DNA of 59,302 bases, the filler included, from Squatina squatina (taxonomy: Eukaryota), in NCBI GenBank assembly GCA_031763465.1. It is 4 parts of 4 records of this genome, joined end to end, with 100 filler letters (N's around TTAATTAATTAA, not from the genome) between each part and the next. Parts side by side here need not be neighbours in the genome. Positions count along the whole stretch, not along the records: positions 1 to 14,182 come from JARFOE010000121.1; positions 14,283 to 28,008 come from JARFOE010000189.1; 2 more parts are not named here. The stretch is one strand, 5' to 3'. Made by a program: the position numbers and the translations under genes. How positions within the stretch are numbered: the first letter of the stretch is position 1; every line of letters begins with the position of its first letter. Positions 13,416 through 25,416 of this stretch are shown one piece after another. The notes under the pieces are model-generated. The model did not search any database. It was given only the letters and a program-made list of their open reading frames with translations, and was not told the origin of the DNA.

Positions 13416-14182
13416 ATCCAATGATCAAAAATCCTTCAAACGCTCATTGTCCAGGCTGACACGTGAGACACCGAGATACAGAAAGGCACCTTGGACTCAA
13501 GGCCTTCGACAGACAGACTGGTAAGAAAATAAGTCGGGGTGGGGGGAAAAAACAAAAAGTAACACAACTCCATCTGTGTGGAGTAATTATATGCATTATC
13601 TGTTAATTCTTTTCAGATAATGGTAGTTGTTTATTGTTTTATTTTAATGAAATAATGCCTGTCCTTATTCATTTCCATCAAATACACAACCTGAATAATT
13701 TCATGCCAGATTGTGTTAATATTTATCTAATATTTACCAAGTCATTGTTTTATAAAACTGTCCACAATTACAAAGACTTTCTTCCTGTCAATAATAAACT
13801 TACAGATATAATACTACGCTGAACTTATCCTGATAAATTTGTTATCATTTACAATGCATTAATCTTCTCTCTTAATTATTTTGATAATTCATACATTGAC
13901 TCACTTTCTAAAACCTCGCAGTAGGGATTACATTTTCAATACACCTGTGTGATGCACAAATTGTGTATGAGCTTCCTTGTCATTGAAGGCATTGTCTGAG
14001 GGATGTAAAGCATACTCCTTTCCTCTACCTTTCCAAGCTGAGGAGAGTGATGCAAATGGCACCACGGACACAAGTACATCATAGCAGGTTATATCAAGTA
14101 TTCCAATGGCCCAAGCACCAGAACAGCACCCGAACAGCTCCCCAGAGAATATAGGCAGATAACATAAGGAAGATGCATGAGA

Positions 14183-14282
14183 NNNNNNNNNNNNNNNNNN
14201 NNNNNNNNNNNNNNNNNNNNNNNNNNTTAATTAATTAANNNNNNNNNNNNNNNNNNNNNNNNNNNNNNNNNNNNNNNNNNNN
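14183..14282. other. Artificial scaffold linker (44N-TTAATTAATTAA-44N)
   Basis: Palindromic 12-mer with stops in all six frames at 14227-14238, centred in exactly 100 bases. Confidence 0.97.
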
Positions 14283-14507
14283 TATGTAATGGACCGGGGG
14301 TGAAATCGGATTTAACAAATTAATTCATTTCCACGTCTCAACTGAGTATCGATCAGTCGAGCAGGTAACTGCAGCTCCAAGCGTTACCGTCACACCTCCG
14401 TTCTCCAGATCCAGGCAATGTTAAGGCAACCAAGCAGAATGGCACAAACGAGCTTTCACTGATCTTTAATGTTACAAATTAAGTAAAAAATACAAAACAA
14501 AGAACAT

Positions 14508-14513
14508 TTTATT
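14508..14513 (-). promoter_or_regulatory. Candidate FGFBP3 polyadenylation signal AATAAA
   Basis: tttatt on the + strand ~230 nt past the FGFBP3 stop, followed on the minus strand by a T/GT-rich tract. Confidence 0.5.
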
Positions 14514-14745
14514 TAAATGTTAAATGATTACATCCATAGAGATAATGTTTTAAAACTCGCCATTTCGCCTGATACTGTAAGTCTGTTTAGTATTTGAAGA
14601 GTCAGTTGTATTAGGAGGTTGGGTCCGAGGTTCCCCTCTTTTTTTGTTCTTTATTAATTAATGTTAATCATTCTGGAGGCAGGAGGTGTTTCTTATGGAC
14701 ACACCTGAGGCTGGACTCTAAGTTTGCTGTCGACAGCGTGTTGAA

Positions 14746-15477
14746 CTAGCCATTCCACAGGTTCACGAAGAATGAGCAGAGCGAATGCCACTTCTCAGCA
14801 CAGTAAGCCTGGGACAGCTCCTCCTGCAGCTCCGGATTGTCAGCATTCATCTCATTCAACGTGCTCGGCTCCTCGCTGTTCATAGACTCCGAGGCTTTGG
14901 CATTTTTCCCGTTCTTTTTAAAGGGTTTCCCGGTGGAGTCGACTTGGTCCAGCACGGTGGTCCTTTCGGTGGGCACTCTGACAATGCCCCTCTTGCGCCC
15001 AGTCCCCTTTGAAAGAACTCTGCCCTCCCGCTTGCTTGGCTCCAAGCTCGTTTCTTTCAGTTTCAACTGCGATTCCGCCGCTCCCTTTTTACAAATCTTG
15101 GTCTTTAAGATTTTCTCTCCCTCGCAGGCGTGTCTCTTCCGCTTGACCCTGCCGATGGCCTGCTTCCAGTACTGGCCAGCCTTGGTGCTGTAAGTGGGGC
15201 AGCTCTGCGGCCTGGCCGCGTACTGGCACCAGTAGCTGCCGCCCGGGTAGCTGCAGCTGAGCTGAAGGGTGAACTCTTGCTCCCCCGTGATGTCCCACGA
15301 ACACGCGTGGCCGTCCCGGGTGCTCAGCGCCCCTTTGGTGGGCAAGGACTTGCCTTTCCGCTTTTTGCTCGGCCGGTTTACCTGCTCGTCGCCCTCTCCG
15401 CTTCTCGCCCCTTCTCCTGGAGATGGGAGGAGGCACAGCAGGAAGAGAAACAGGACTGGCAAGCGAAAGAGCTTCAT
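14746..15477 (-). CDS. FGFBP3: Fibroblast growth factor-binding protein 3, complete single-exon CDS, 243 aa
   Basis: Hydrophobic signal peptide; 8 conserved cysteines in the mature chain; basic heparin-binding stretch (YWKQAIGRVKRKRHAC); C-terminus YCAEKWHSLCSFFVNLWNG matches the recalled FGFBP3 end. Confidence 0.93.
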   Translation of the reverse strand: MKLFRLPVLFLFLLCLLPSPGEGARSGEGDEQVNRPSKKRKGKSLPTKGALSTRDGHACSWDITGEQEFTLQLSCSYPGGSYWCQYAARPQSCPTYSTKAGQYWKQAIGRVKRKRHACEGEKILKTKICKKGAAESQLKLKETSLEPSKREGRVLSKGTGRKRGIVRVPTERTTVLDQVDSTGKPFKKNGKNAKASESMNSEEPSTLNEMNADNPELQEELSQAYCAEKWHSLCSFFVNLWNG

Positions 15478-15585
15478 ATCACCGGCTCCTTATGTCGGAG
15501 CTGGGACCCAGGGAGCGACCGAACTTCAGTGATCCGTCCGAATGCGGGAGACGAAGCTGATGTTTTCTATTCAAATAATAATCCT

Positions 15586-15970
15586 CTAAGAGAGAAATAT
15601 TGCAGTTTAATATAAAGGTGTATACAATAAAAATATTTAACAATAGAATGTATATGATCGGATAATGAATCTAACCGTTTGGTTCAAGCCTGTTGAAGTT
15701 TGAACCACGCATCAATGTTGATCCAATTGCACTTGAATTGTGGAGAATTGTTTGAAAGTAAAGAGATTTGGTCACTGGGACTGTACTTGTATTGGGAGCA
15801 GTAGGCACAATCTGGACACACTGCTCCCCGCCTTGCCGGCCAAACATTGGGCAGATTACGGGACGGTATACACGGAACACGGGGGCATGCTTGGGCCAAC
15901 AGCAACAGATATGATACAGTGAGGAATATTTTGGTAACATCATTTTAAAATCGTGGTTCCCGGCATTTAC
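15586..15970 (-). other. FGFBP3: Probable FGFBP3 5'UTR intron; a non-coding exon 1 would lie above 15970
   Basis: Minus-strand donor caG|gtaaat at 15971/15970 and acceptor tttctctcttag| at 15586/15585, fitting the two-exon FGFBP gene structure. Confidence 0.5.
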
Positions 15971-16257
15971 CTGTCAGTCGCCCAGTCAGGAAAGTGGAGC
16001 CAGATGGAATCTGGTTCCCCAAAGCGAGCCACAATCTCCTTACTCGGGGAGAGATAAACCTGGGGGTGGGGAGGGCAGGGGCATCTTTCACAAGTAATCC
16101 AGAAGGTGACGGCTCAGGGTTCGCTAAGTGAAGCCCACCTTACAATTTTCAACCCTGNNNNNNNNNNNNNNNNNNNNNNNNNNNNNNNNNNNNNNNNNNN
16201 NNNNNNNNNNNNNNNNNNNNNNNNNNNNNNNNNNNNNNNNNNNNNNNNNNNNNNNNN

Positions 16258-16470
16258 AAGGACATTAGTGAACCAGATGGATTTTTATGACAATCTGATA
16301 GTTTCATGGTCACCATTACTGACACTAGCTTTTTAAAAAAAACTCCAAATTATTAATTAACTGAATTTAAATTCCACAGTTGCTGTGGTGGGATTTGAAC
16401 TCACATCTTTGGATCAATAGTCCAAGCTTCTAGGATTATCTAGTCCTGCAACTTAACTGCTAAGTCCCCT
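16258..16470 (-). mobile_element. tRNA-derived SINE
   Basis: Minus strand carries a B-box-like GAGTTCAAATCCCACCAC in a tRNA-like head, followed by a body resembling common shark SINEs. Confidence 0.6.
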
Positions 16471-18789
16471 GTATAGCACAGGTAATTACGTGGGGTGGGT
16501 TTGGGATGGAAATTAGGAAAATGGGTTTGGGGGTTAGCCATGTTCTCTTGACCCCACTCAAATGCAGTGAAGCAGGCCGGCCTTGAAGGAGACTGGCAAT
16601 TTTTGGGGAGGATTATTCAGATGCAGTTTTTTAGCAGCACATTTGAGACAGTAGCCTTTAAGAACCGATTTTACATCCCAACATGGTCAGTAATTCAGAG
16701 GAGAATTTAGCTCTATTGGTTCCTCTCATGCTCATCCAAACACAGTCTTTCTTTCCTTTTGAGATATATCTATTACCTTTTAAAACCACAGTGTGATTGC
16801 ATTGAATATTCCAGTATCAGGCTCTGTCAATGGGAAAGCCCGAAGGAAAACTGTCAGCATTTGCCTGCAGTATCACTTAAGCTTGTAAGTGGTGATGTGA
16901 TTAGCATCATATTAAATGACCTGTCACATATTATTAGTTAATGTCACCCTCCAGCTTCTTTACAAAGCCACTGACTGGTTGAACAGATTCTCCGGGCCAA
17001 AGGTAACAGTTTGTTGAACTATTGATTTGAAGCACAGTGATGTAATTACAATTTAAATGCATAAATTAATGAGGCTGAACTTGTGATCCCACCTGGTCCC
17101 TCCGGGTGCATACGATGTTCGCACGCACCCGGAGGGGCCCTGCAAGTTTTGGGTCTAAGGTTGCACTGCGCATGCCCCTAGATTCGGACCTTGCGATCTG
17201 TCAAGATTTCTCTTNNNNNNNNNNNNNNNNNNNNNNNNNNNNNNNNNNNNNNNNNNNNNNNNNNNNNNNNNNNNNNNNNNNNNNNNNNNNNNNNNNNNNN
17301 NNNNNNNNNNNNNNTAGAGTTTTTAATTTGATCTCTTTCAGGGTTAAAGAGAAATGGCCATCACTGCTCTTTGACTGTTGAATATGGTATTGACCAAATG
17401 AGTAAATTACACAGGCTGTGTTTGAAGGTCCCACACATAATGTTCATAAGCAGGGTTTTTATTTAATATGTTTTTTTTTTACCTCCTGTATATCTGCATG
17501 CTGACTACTAAACACATCTGAAGCAGGAATAAGTGTTCTTGTTATACTCTTACTGTCTGATTTAACAGTGACCTCCCACAGATGGCGCTGTTAGCTATCT
17601 CGCAGAGCTGCACAGTATCAACCCTATTTTATCCCTTTCGCATAGAAATTCAGTTGGCATGGACACTCAAGAATTGGAGGAAATACATGAAACTAGTCTC
17701 AGGGAGGACTTGCCCTTGAATTCTTTTTCGCCTTTCTATGGGAAATTCCCCATCCCTTGGCCACTCCAAACTCCAGTGTCTCAGCTGAAACTTGGTGTGC
17801 ATCACGAGTCGAGCAGACAATAATGCAAATCCACGTTGTACCACAGCAAATCCATGTTTTAAAGAGAAATCAAAACTGTTGAAAGGAATAAAAGGAAAAC
17901 AATAATAAAAATTAAAGGTGAAAAGGACAAAGCATTAAGGCCTGATGTTTTATTGACTTGTAAATAGCATCTTCAAAAGTAGCAAAGACTACTAATTTAA
18001 GTTGTTTAACAATAGCAAAAGGCAGTGCTTTTAAATCAGCAAAACATGTTGCAAATTGCAAGTTAACAATTGTAGATAGGAATAGATTTGTATTCACTTG
18101 TTAAAGTCCAGGCCACTGATGTATTTAAATGTATGGAAAGAGTGGAGAGATGAAAATCACATCAAGTCACAAAGTTACAATAATAGACTACTCAACAGTC
18201 ATCTTATTGGGGGACCCTGGAAAATTACCTTCTTTCAAGTGGCAAGATTTATTTTTCTCTGTCCTCCCAGGCCCTGACTCCAGAGCAAAGCAGGTGAAAA
18301 ATCTCTGGAAGAGCAACTGTCGTTCTGCTTCCCTCTAGAGTCAGGTTAATCTGACTTCAGATTTAATATACAATTTCTCATAATTAAGGCAGGTGATTTG
18401 ACGCAGCAAGATCACCAAGAATCATATGACATTGCTGAAAATTGTAGGGAATATGCATTTTTTATAGATGTGGGTCAAGTCCAGTCCATTTCTGTTCTTA
18501 GTCTCTCCTTATACTTGCACTTTAATCTTAATCAGCCTGTTTTAGAGTACCAATGTTGTGTTTTCTCTGTCCAGCTAACAGTGAAGCAAGTTTCCAGCCA
18601 CTTACTGTAAACCTGCTGTTAAGATTGGCAAATTTATCAACACTATTTAAATTTAGAATTTGAATCTAAGTGCCTGNNNNNNNNNNNNNNNNNNNNNNNN
18701 NNNNNNNNNNNNNNNNNNNNNNNNNNNNNNNNNNNNNNNNNNNNNNNNNNNNNNNNNNNNNNNNNNNNNNNNNNNNACTACAATTTTTT

Positions 18790-18866
18790 TTTAAAGTACT
18801 TGATTGGCTGTGAAACGCTGAAGGACGTCCTGAGATGGTGAAGGGCGCTATAGAAATGCAAGTCTG
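18790..18866 (+). mobile_element. DeuSINE-type (SacSINE1/AmnSINE-like) 3' tail
   Basis: aagtacttgattggctgtgaaacgc...gtcctgagatggtgaagggcgctatagaaatgcaagtc; related copies at 29765-29840 (+), 7888-7940 (-), 35000-35065 (-) and 45352-45425 (-). Confidence 0.6.
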
Positions 18867-18939
18867 GAAGGTCTCTCAGCTTAGCTGGACGGCTCGCTGC
18901 ATGGAGGAGGGGGGGATCCTGGCTAATGCTCAATAGCAC

Positions 18940-19056
18940 AACCCCTGACCGCTGTGGTTTCCGGTTCCGGTGAGGGCGCTGGGGCGGCGGGACCCGGCTG
19001 TAGCCGAGCTCAGCCCAGCCCAGGAGCCCAGGGCGGAGCAGCGGTGCGGGCGCTCC
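18940..19056 (+). promoter_or_regulatory. CpG island / probable promoter and 5'UTR with tandem ETS (GABPA-type) sites
   Basis: TTTCCGGTTCCGG at ~18958-18970 followed by GGGGCGGCGGG; the CpG-rich block runs to the gap at 19400. Confidence 0.6.
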
Positions 19057-19399
19057 ATGTCGGGAATGATCTATCTCCACAGTAACCACGAGAGCTGCCT
19101 GCGGGGCCCCGACACACAGCGAGCGGCGACCGCCCGCTTCCACACCCGCACCGACCCCGCCTTGGGCGACATCTTCAACGGCGGCGGCTGCTGCCCGGTG
19201 GGAGAGGCGGGCGGCGACGGCGACAACAGCGCTGCGCTCCAGCCCGCTCCTGCAGCCGCCTCCTCCCCCGGGGCTGTGCGGAGCGGGAGCGGGAGCTCGG
19301 CCTCCTCCTGCAGCAGCCCGCTGGCCCCGGCCGGCGGCTCGGTGTCCATCTCGTCGGCCTCTTCGCTCTCCTCCTCCTCTTTCCTCTTCTAGCAGCTTG
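19057..19399 (+). CDS. Probable first coding exon (partial) of TBC1D12; Gly/Ala/Ser-rich N-terminus
   Basis: MSGMIYLHSNHESCLRGPD...GGSVSISSASSLSSSS with strong GC3 bias, just downstream of the ETS promoter and on the same strand upstream of the TBC1D12 exons. The TAG at 19390-19392 disappears if one T at ~19381 is removed. Gene assignment is mainly positional. Confidence 0.5.
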
Positions 19400-22193
19400 N
19401 NNNNNNNNNNNNNNNNNNNNNNNNNNNNNNNNNNNNNNNNNNNNNNNNNNNNNNNNNNNNNNNNNNNNNNNNNNNNNNNNNNNNNNNNNNNNNNNNNNNT
19501 AGTATATATGAAGCTATGTTTGTTTTGCAAAAGTGAGACAGAAGGAAACGGATACAAATACAATATAAAAAAAACTTCCTTGATAGACTGGCAAATCTCC
19601 CTGAAATTATGAGCTTTGCTCCCTGCTGCAGTCTTTTAAACACAAAGGTATAGGAGGCCAGGGTAGAACTCCAAGGAGACTTGACAGCAGGTTTTAATTC
19701 AAATCATTTTTGGTCTTTGGTACTTACTATCTATGAAATATTTTAACATCACGATACCAACTCAAAAAAATGTAATCAGCAATGCTCTTTTATAAGCCAA
19801 GACGAGTATTAACTTGCAAAGCTGTGTAGACAAGCTTTTATCTTTATTGCATATAATAATATTAATTGCTGTGTACTCTGAAAATATGTCGAGGAAACTA
19901 AATGGCAGGTTTCTTTTGCAACAGCACCAAATAGCAATACTTTTGCCAAAAAAGTAAAGTCACTCAGAATAACTGAAGCTATTCATGTACCTTGCAGTAA
20001 AAATTAATTTTAACAATGTCATTGAGGTCAAAGGCTTGCACCCATTCCAATGCATTGCACAGAGCTGTGAGGTTGCTCAGTCTATAGACTGTTCTCAACG
20101 TTCTTAGCTCAATCTTATATAGCTTCACTCACAAACATAACTGCTAACGAGATGGTGACTCCACTGCACTGATGGAAGAGCTCATAGAAAGCATCTTTGT
20201 ACTTGTTCCATAAGTTATGTGAGCTGAAGGAGAGCAACAGGTATGTACATGCCACAATTGATTTCACACTTCAGTAAATTAAACCTACAATTTATTTTGA
20301 TTTATGCATTCATAAAGAATACATTTTCAGTAATGTGACTGCTTGTATTATTGCATAAAGGAATGAAGCAGTAACAAAAACAAAATGTTCTAGGTCTCAA
20401 AATTGATATTTGAGGTTAAAAGGAGACGAATGGCATTTTTCCTGGAACAGCACTGGAGTTGCATCTTTTGTGTGAAATGCGTTTGATAACATTTCTGTTT
20501 TGCTGAGTATATGAAGATGTGTAACTATCTTTGATCTGTGTTTGTGCTGAGGGATAATGGTTTGGTCCTGTATTTGCTTCCTCCACTGATTATTGGAGAG
20601 AGAGCAAATTGGCTTGTTTTTCAGTAGAACTATTTTCCATTTCCTTTGGTATTGTGGGCAATATAACTGGCTGAAGTCTAAGGTCTGCTTTTCATTTTCT
20701 TTGAACAGGAAATAAAATTTGGGACGAGTCAATTGTAACTACTATGAACAAATCCAAATGTTAAAAATTCTGTAAGGAAATGGTGCAGACTTTGAATGTA
20801 AAGCAATGCATGAAAATAATTCCAAATGCATCTTGCTAATGTATATGCTGTACTTAAATATTGTTGCATGAAGAAATAGCCACTGAGTTGAATAAGCACG
20901 AAAGAGGAGAAAATGTGGACTTTCAAGAAGCTTTGCAGTGAGTTCACTTTCCGAGTGCATACTTTTAATTGAGTCAACTTAAGGCGTCGCAGCTCTCTGC
21001 AAATGTCTTTCCCACTTGATTGGCTCCGATTTCATATTCATAAAACAGCAGTAAGTCTCAGCAACTTGCAATCAAAGTGGGAACAAAAATCACCAGAGAC
21101 TGCTAAAGGCATTAAACCACAAATCAAGAATAAGCAATCATTGAAGTATACCAGTGAAGAGAGGAAAAGTGAAGCTAATGAAATCACTTATTTTTGAGAA
21201 TCCTTTTAGCTGCTTTTTGGTTTCTTCATTTAAACTAGGAATATGGTTTGTAGCATAAACTGCAAAACCCTCAATGAAATATGTTTTCCATCAGAAGCTT
21301 GTGCTTCTGAGAAACCTGAAGTTTGAGTTCATGGGGCTTTACAGACCTGTAGCTGTTAAAGATTCAACATGCATCTGTATTTGTAGATTCCAGAATCTTA
21401 TTGATTGAAAGAAATATAAATTTGTTTTTATTGGCTTAAAATGCACTATGTAAAGCATAACTTTTTGGTGAGTTGAGGTCATTTTTGAGTGGTAAATGGT
21501 TTGCATACAAGGGGTTGTTTGTTGAAGCTGGAGTGTGTTCATATACTGTTTCAAAGATCTTCCGCTCCCAGTCACACTCCACACCCTCTCAGGAATATTA
21601 CCCTGGTTGCATTTTTATTCCTAATAAATGTAGGCCTGGGTTCAGGTGTTTGGAATTCTTTGAGAATCTTGTGTTCTCTCAAGTTGATCTCCACTGGAGA
21701 AAAGAATTGGGCAGCTACAAGGTCTTGAGCCATCCTTCTNNNNNNNNNNNNNNNNNNNNNNNNNNNNNNNNNNNNNNNNNNNNNNNNNNNNNNNNNNNNN
21801 NNNNNNNNNNNNNNNNNNNNNNNNNNNNNNNNNNNNNNNTGTGTAAGAACATGTGGCCTCCCCACTTCCTGTCAGTGCTTCAGGCAACAACTGCTCTACC
21901 ATTTTTTGTTCATTCTTAAAATTAATGCTCTAAGTGAAGGGATGTATTTATATGTATCCCTCCAATTGGGAGATTGTGGATAAGGGGGTTAAAGACATAC
22001 ACCAACAGAACTCCATTATTGAAAGAAGTTTCTTGTAAGATACAAAAGCTGTGGTACACGGAACAGTGTTGAAACAGCTTTTTTGGCCTTCTATGTTTGT
22101 GAAGAGCAGTAAAGAACTAACTGGTCAAATCTGAAACTCTTTTTTTGGAGCAAGTGAATTACTGATCTATGTTTCTTTGTTCTTGTTTCTTAG

Positions 22194-22317
22194 AAGCTTT
22201 TTTACCAAGAAGACAAAGGAACCTATTCCTTCTGCTTTTAGCGCTCCTGGCTGGAAGTTATTTGGAAAAATACCCCCAAGGGAAAATTCACAGAAGGATT
22301 CCAAAACAATACAGCAG
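22194..22317 (+). CDS. TBC1D12: TBC1D12 exon (probably exon 2), 124 nt
   Basis: Acceptor ttcttag|A; reads [41 protein letters not shown]; donor |gtatac. [16 protein letters not shown] matches recalled TBC1D12. Not shown in this frame by the ORF track. Confidence 0.88.
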
Positions 22318-25082
22318 GTATACATTTAAAATAAAATTCAGAAGTACCAACTATCTCTTGCGTAGCGTACCTGTTTAGATTGAAAATGTCGTTCTGTTTG
22401 CCGCTTTGCCTACAATATAAAAATGACACTTCATTTAGGTAGATTTCAGTAATTTAATGTTAACCCGTTGACTGCAATTTCCGTTCATTACAAAATCTCT
22501 TCTGATCTGCCATAGCAATGATAAATATTTTGTGTGAATAGCATCAATCACTTTTTTAAAAATATGAATGTTATCAAACCTGTATATAATGCTGTAGATA
22601 AATAGATGGGAACANNNNNNNNNNNNNNNNNNNNNNNNNNNNNNNNNNNNNNNNNNNNNNNNNNNNNNNNNNNNNNNNNNNNNNNNNNNNNNNNNNNNNN
22701 NNNNNNNNNNNNNNACGACTATGCAAAAGGATTGATTATAACATGATTTTAAATGTTGTCAATTATGCAGAAAGTAGAAATATTTACTGTGATATTCTGT
22801 GATCGAATCATGATGCAAGTGATGTAATAAGCAGGTTGTATTATACCCTGTCAAGGAGGGCTCCTTATGTCTGCACTTCAAAAATCTCTTTGATCGGGTT
22901 AATTTGGGGTGGAGTGGGGTGGGGTAGTAGATTAAAGGTGGAATAAAAAAAACAAATGTAAGTGAAGCTACATTTTAATTGTACACACGGCTATTTCATG
23001 GTCTTTTTATGGATACTAGGCCATACATTTTAGATAGACTTGTAATGCGTCATCCTGTTGTAAAATTACCTTTTCATCCTTGCAGGTTTTTATACCCAAG
23101 AACACTTATGGTTTTAATTTTTTTTTTAATTTGATTGTCTGTTTTTGTTGCCGATGACTAAAATTGGATTCTGTTTCTTTCATCAGGACAGCTATGGTTG
23201 CAGTCTTGCGTCAGTATCTGCACCTAACCTGTTCAATACAGGGGTATGAAATTACTACATTTCCTTCCAGTCAATTTTGAAACCATGCATGACATTATGT
23301 TGACCTGTTTGTCTTTCACCTACATATCTCTTTATTTAAGCATGATGAGCACAATTCATAATACTGCACTGACATTAGAACATTGAAACACCCATTTGAA
23401 TGCAATAAGGGAATGCATTTGAACTCACTATTGTCTTTAATCCCTAAAACACCATTTACCCAGTCATTTACGCACTTTGCATTGACAGCACCATACTAGA
23501 TAAAATATTCTAATACTGGTAAATTAAAATATTTAGAAATGTTTTAATTTACCTTCAGGTAGGTTATTATAACTTAGCCAATGTTTTATAGGTAACCACA
23601 TTAACTTAGAAGTAGTTTTGTACTGTGATCCATGACTATTGCGAACGAAATTGAGACAGCCCAAACTCATTTTGTTGTCACTGGGCTTATTTGGAGTATT
23701 GGTACCAATATGCTACAGGAAATGTTGCACTTAAACCTGTTCACTTTGGATTCAGAAACAGCTCGAGTTTGGGAGGGTAAAATCTATAAGCTAATTGTAC
23801 TGTTCGGTGTTTTTTTTTCAGTTTAGTACGAAATATACCATTATGATTTGCTAATGTCCTAGTGGCAACACTGTTGTAGGATTCGATCAGCGAGTAAGTA
23901 GACTTTTATCCCATCAGTTTGTGCTGGACCCAGGTTCCAGAACTGAAAGACCAATGTCTAACCCAGTGTGCAGCCCAGTCCCCACAGGCTGCTGTTAACT
24001 GTAACTGTTAAATCTGCATGACTAGAAATGAACTCACTGCTGATGGGAAGAGAGCAGTTCAGTTTCCCTCTTAACTATACTTTGAAATCACGTCTGTAAA
24101 TTAAATTTATCAAAAGCGGTTGAATAAGCTATTTCTGCATGATAGGTGTAATGTTTTAGCTTGATTACATTACCTCGAGTAAAATCTAGTACTACTTGTT
24201 TAATCACAACATTGCAAAGGGTTTGCATGTGTTCTCAGTCTGTCCAATTGTATTGTATCTGAAGCTTACCTTACAAAAAAACTGCATTCTCAAATAATCT
24301 GCTAAAATAGTCTCGAATGCCCTATTCCAGCACATTATATGGCAGACCATTCACTATAGCAATTAAGGAGAAGCCATTTTGACATTTGTCTTAGGCAAAC
24401 TTTTTTTTTGGTGTGCAGAAATTTTAAATGCCTTCTTAGTGTTTTAATAACGCATTTTGTTTTCTGATCCCAATTCCTTTGCCAGGGACTAATGACCTTT
24501 GGCCTACCAGTCAATTTTAGTTTTGATTCCAGAGTGTTAATACATATTAACAGCTTTTAATTAAAGGTCATCGACTTTATTTTGTCTTGCTTGTGAATTG
24601 TTCTAGGTTCAGAATATTGAAGTGCAGAATATTAAATATGTATTCATATGAAATGTATTTTAAGTTTAAAATAGAATACACAGGCACAGAAAATTCCAGG
24701 AGCATCCCTGTTCAAGTTGTTTTTCAAGTGTGTATCTTTGCTGATGTGTTTATTGTATAAATACTATGTTGTTATGGCTANNNNNNNNNNNNNNNNNNNN
24801 NNNNNNNNNNNNNNNNNNNNNNNNNNNNNNNNNNNNNNNNNNNNNNNNNNNNNNNNNNNNNNNNNNNNNNNNNNNNNNNNGAGAATAGATATCTGAGGGA
24901 GTCATCTTTCCAGGGTAGTAGCGCATATCTCCTCAGGCGATCAAAGATGGAATTGTCAGAGCTCTGAAAATAGATTAAGTGTCTGACCCCTCAAGGGTAT
25001 AAATTCAGGCAGACTTGAACGTAATTAATTTGTAACTTGTGAATGTAATTGGAGTGTTGTTGGGAACCTTGATTTGATATAG

Positions 25083-25200
25083 AGATGAAAGACGCACAAC
25101 GAAGAAAAAAAATTATGAAGGAGCGATTCAGACAGGAAGAAAGTATTGCTCATGCTATGATTATTTGGAACACGGATATTCTTCCCAACTGGGAGACCAT
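25083..25200 (+). CDS. TBC1D12: TBC1D12 internal exon, 118 nt
   Basis: Acceptor atatag|AG; reads (E)[38 protein letters not shown]; donor |gtaagt. Confidence 0.9.
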
Positions 25201-25309
25201 GTAAGTGAAGCATCTTCCATGTAAATGGATCACGATTGAAAAGCAGTTACCTTTTTAATTGTGATAGTTGTGCATATCTGTAATACCTTGTTGTCTCTCA
25301 TGTACTTAG

Positions 25310-25416
25310 CCGAAATACACGGAAGGTGCGTGAACTGTGGTGGCAGGGTATTCCGCCAAGTGTTCGAGGGAAAGTATGGAGCTTGGCTATTGGTAATGAA
25401 CTGAATATCACTCATG
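25310..25416 (+). CDS. TBC1D12: TBC1D12 exon at the start of the Rab-GAP TBC domain, 107 nt
   Basis: Acceptor acttag|C; reads (I)[35 protein letters not shown]; donor G|gtatgt; in frame with the previous exon across a 109-nt intron. Confidence 0.92.

Noticed and set aside
14785-15615. Overlapping and antisense ORFs across FGFBP3
   Set aside because: Shadow frames of a GC-rich CDS with no recognisable motifs.
16370-16460. tRNA gene
   Set aside because: Only a degenerate B-box attached to a SINE body; no full cloverleaf.
18778-19399. Minus-strand ORFs (261 aa and 92 aa) in the CpG island
   Set aside because: They look like antisense shadows of the GC3-biased plus frame; promoter motifs and downstream exons favour the plus strand.
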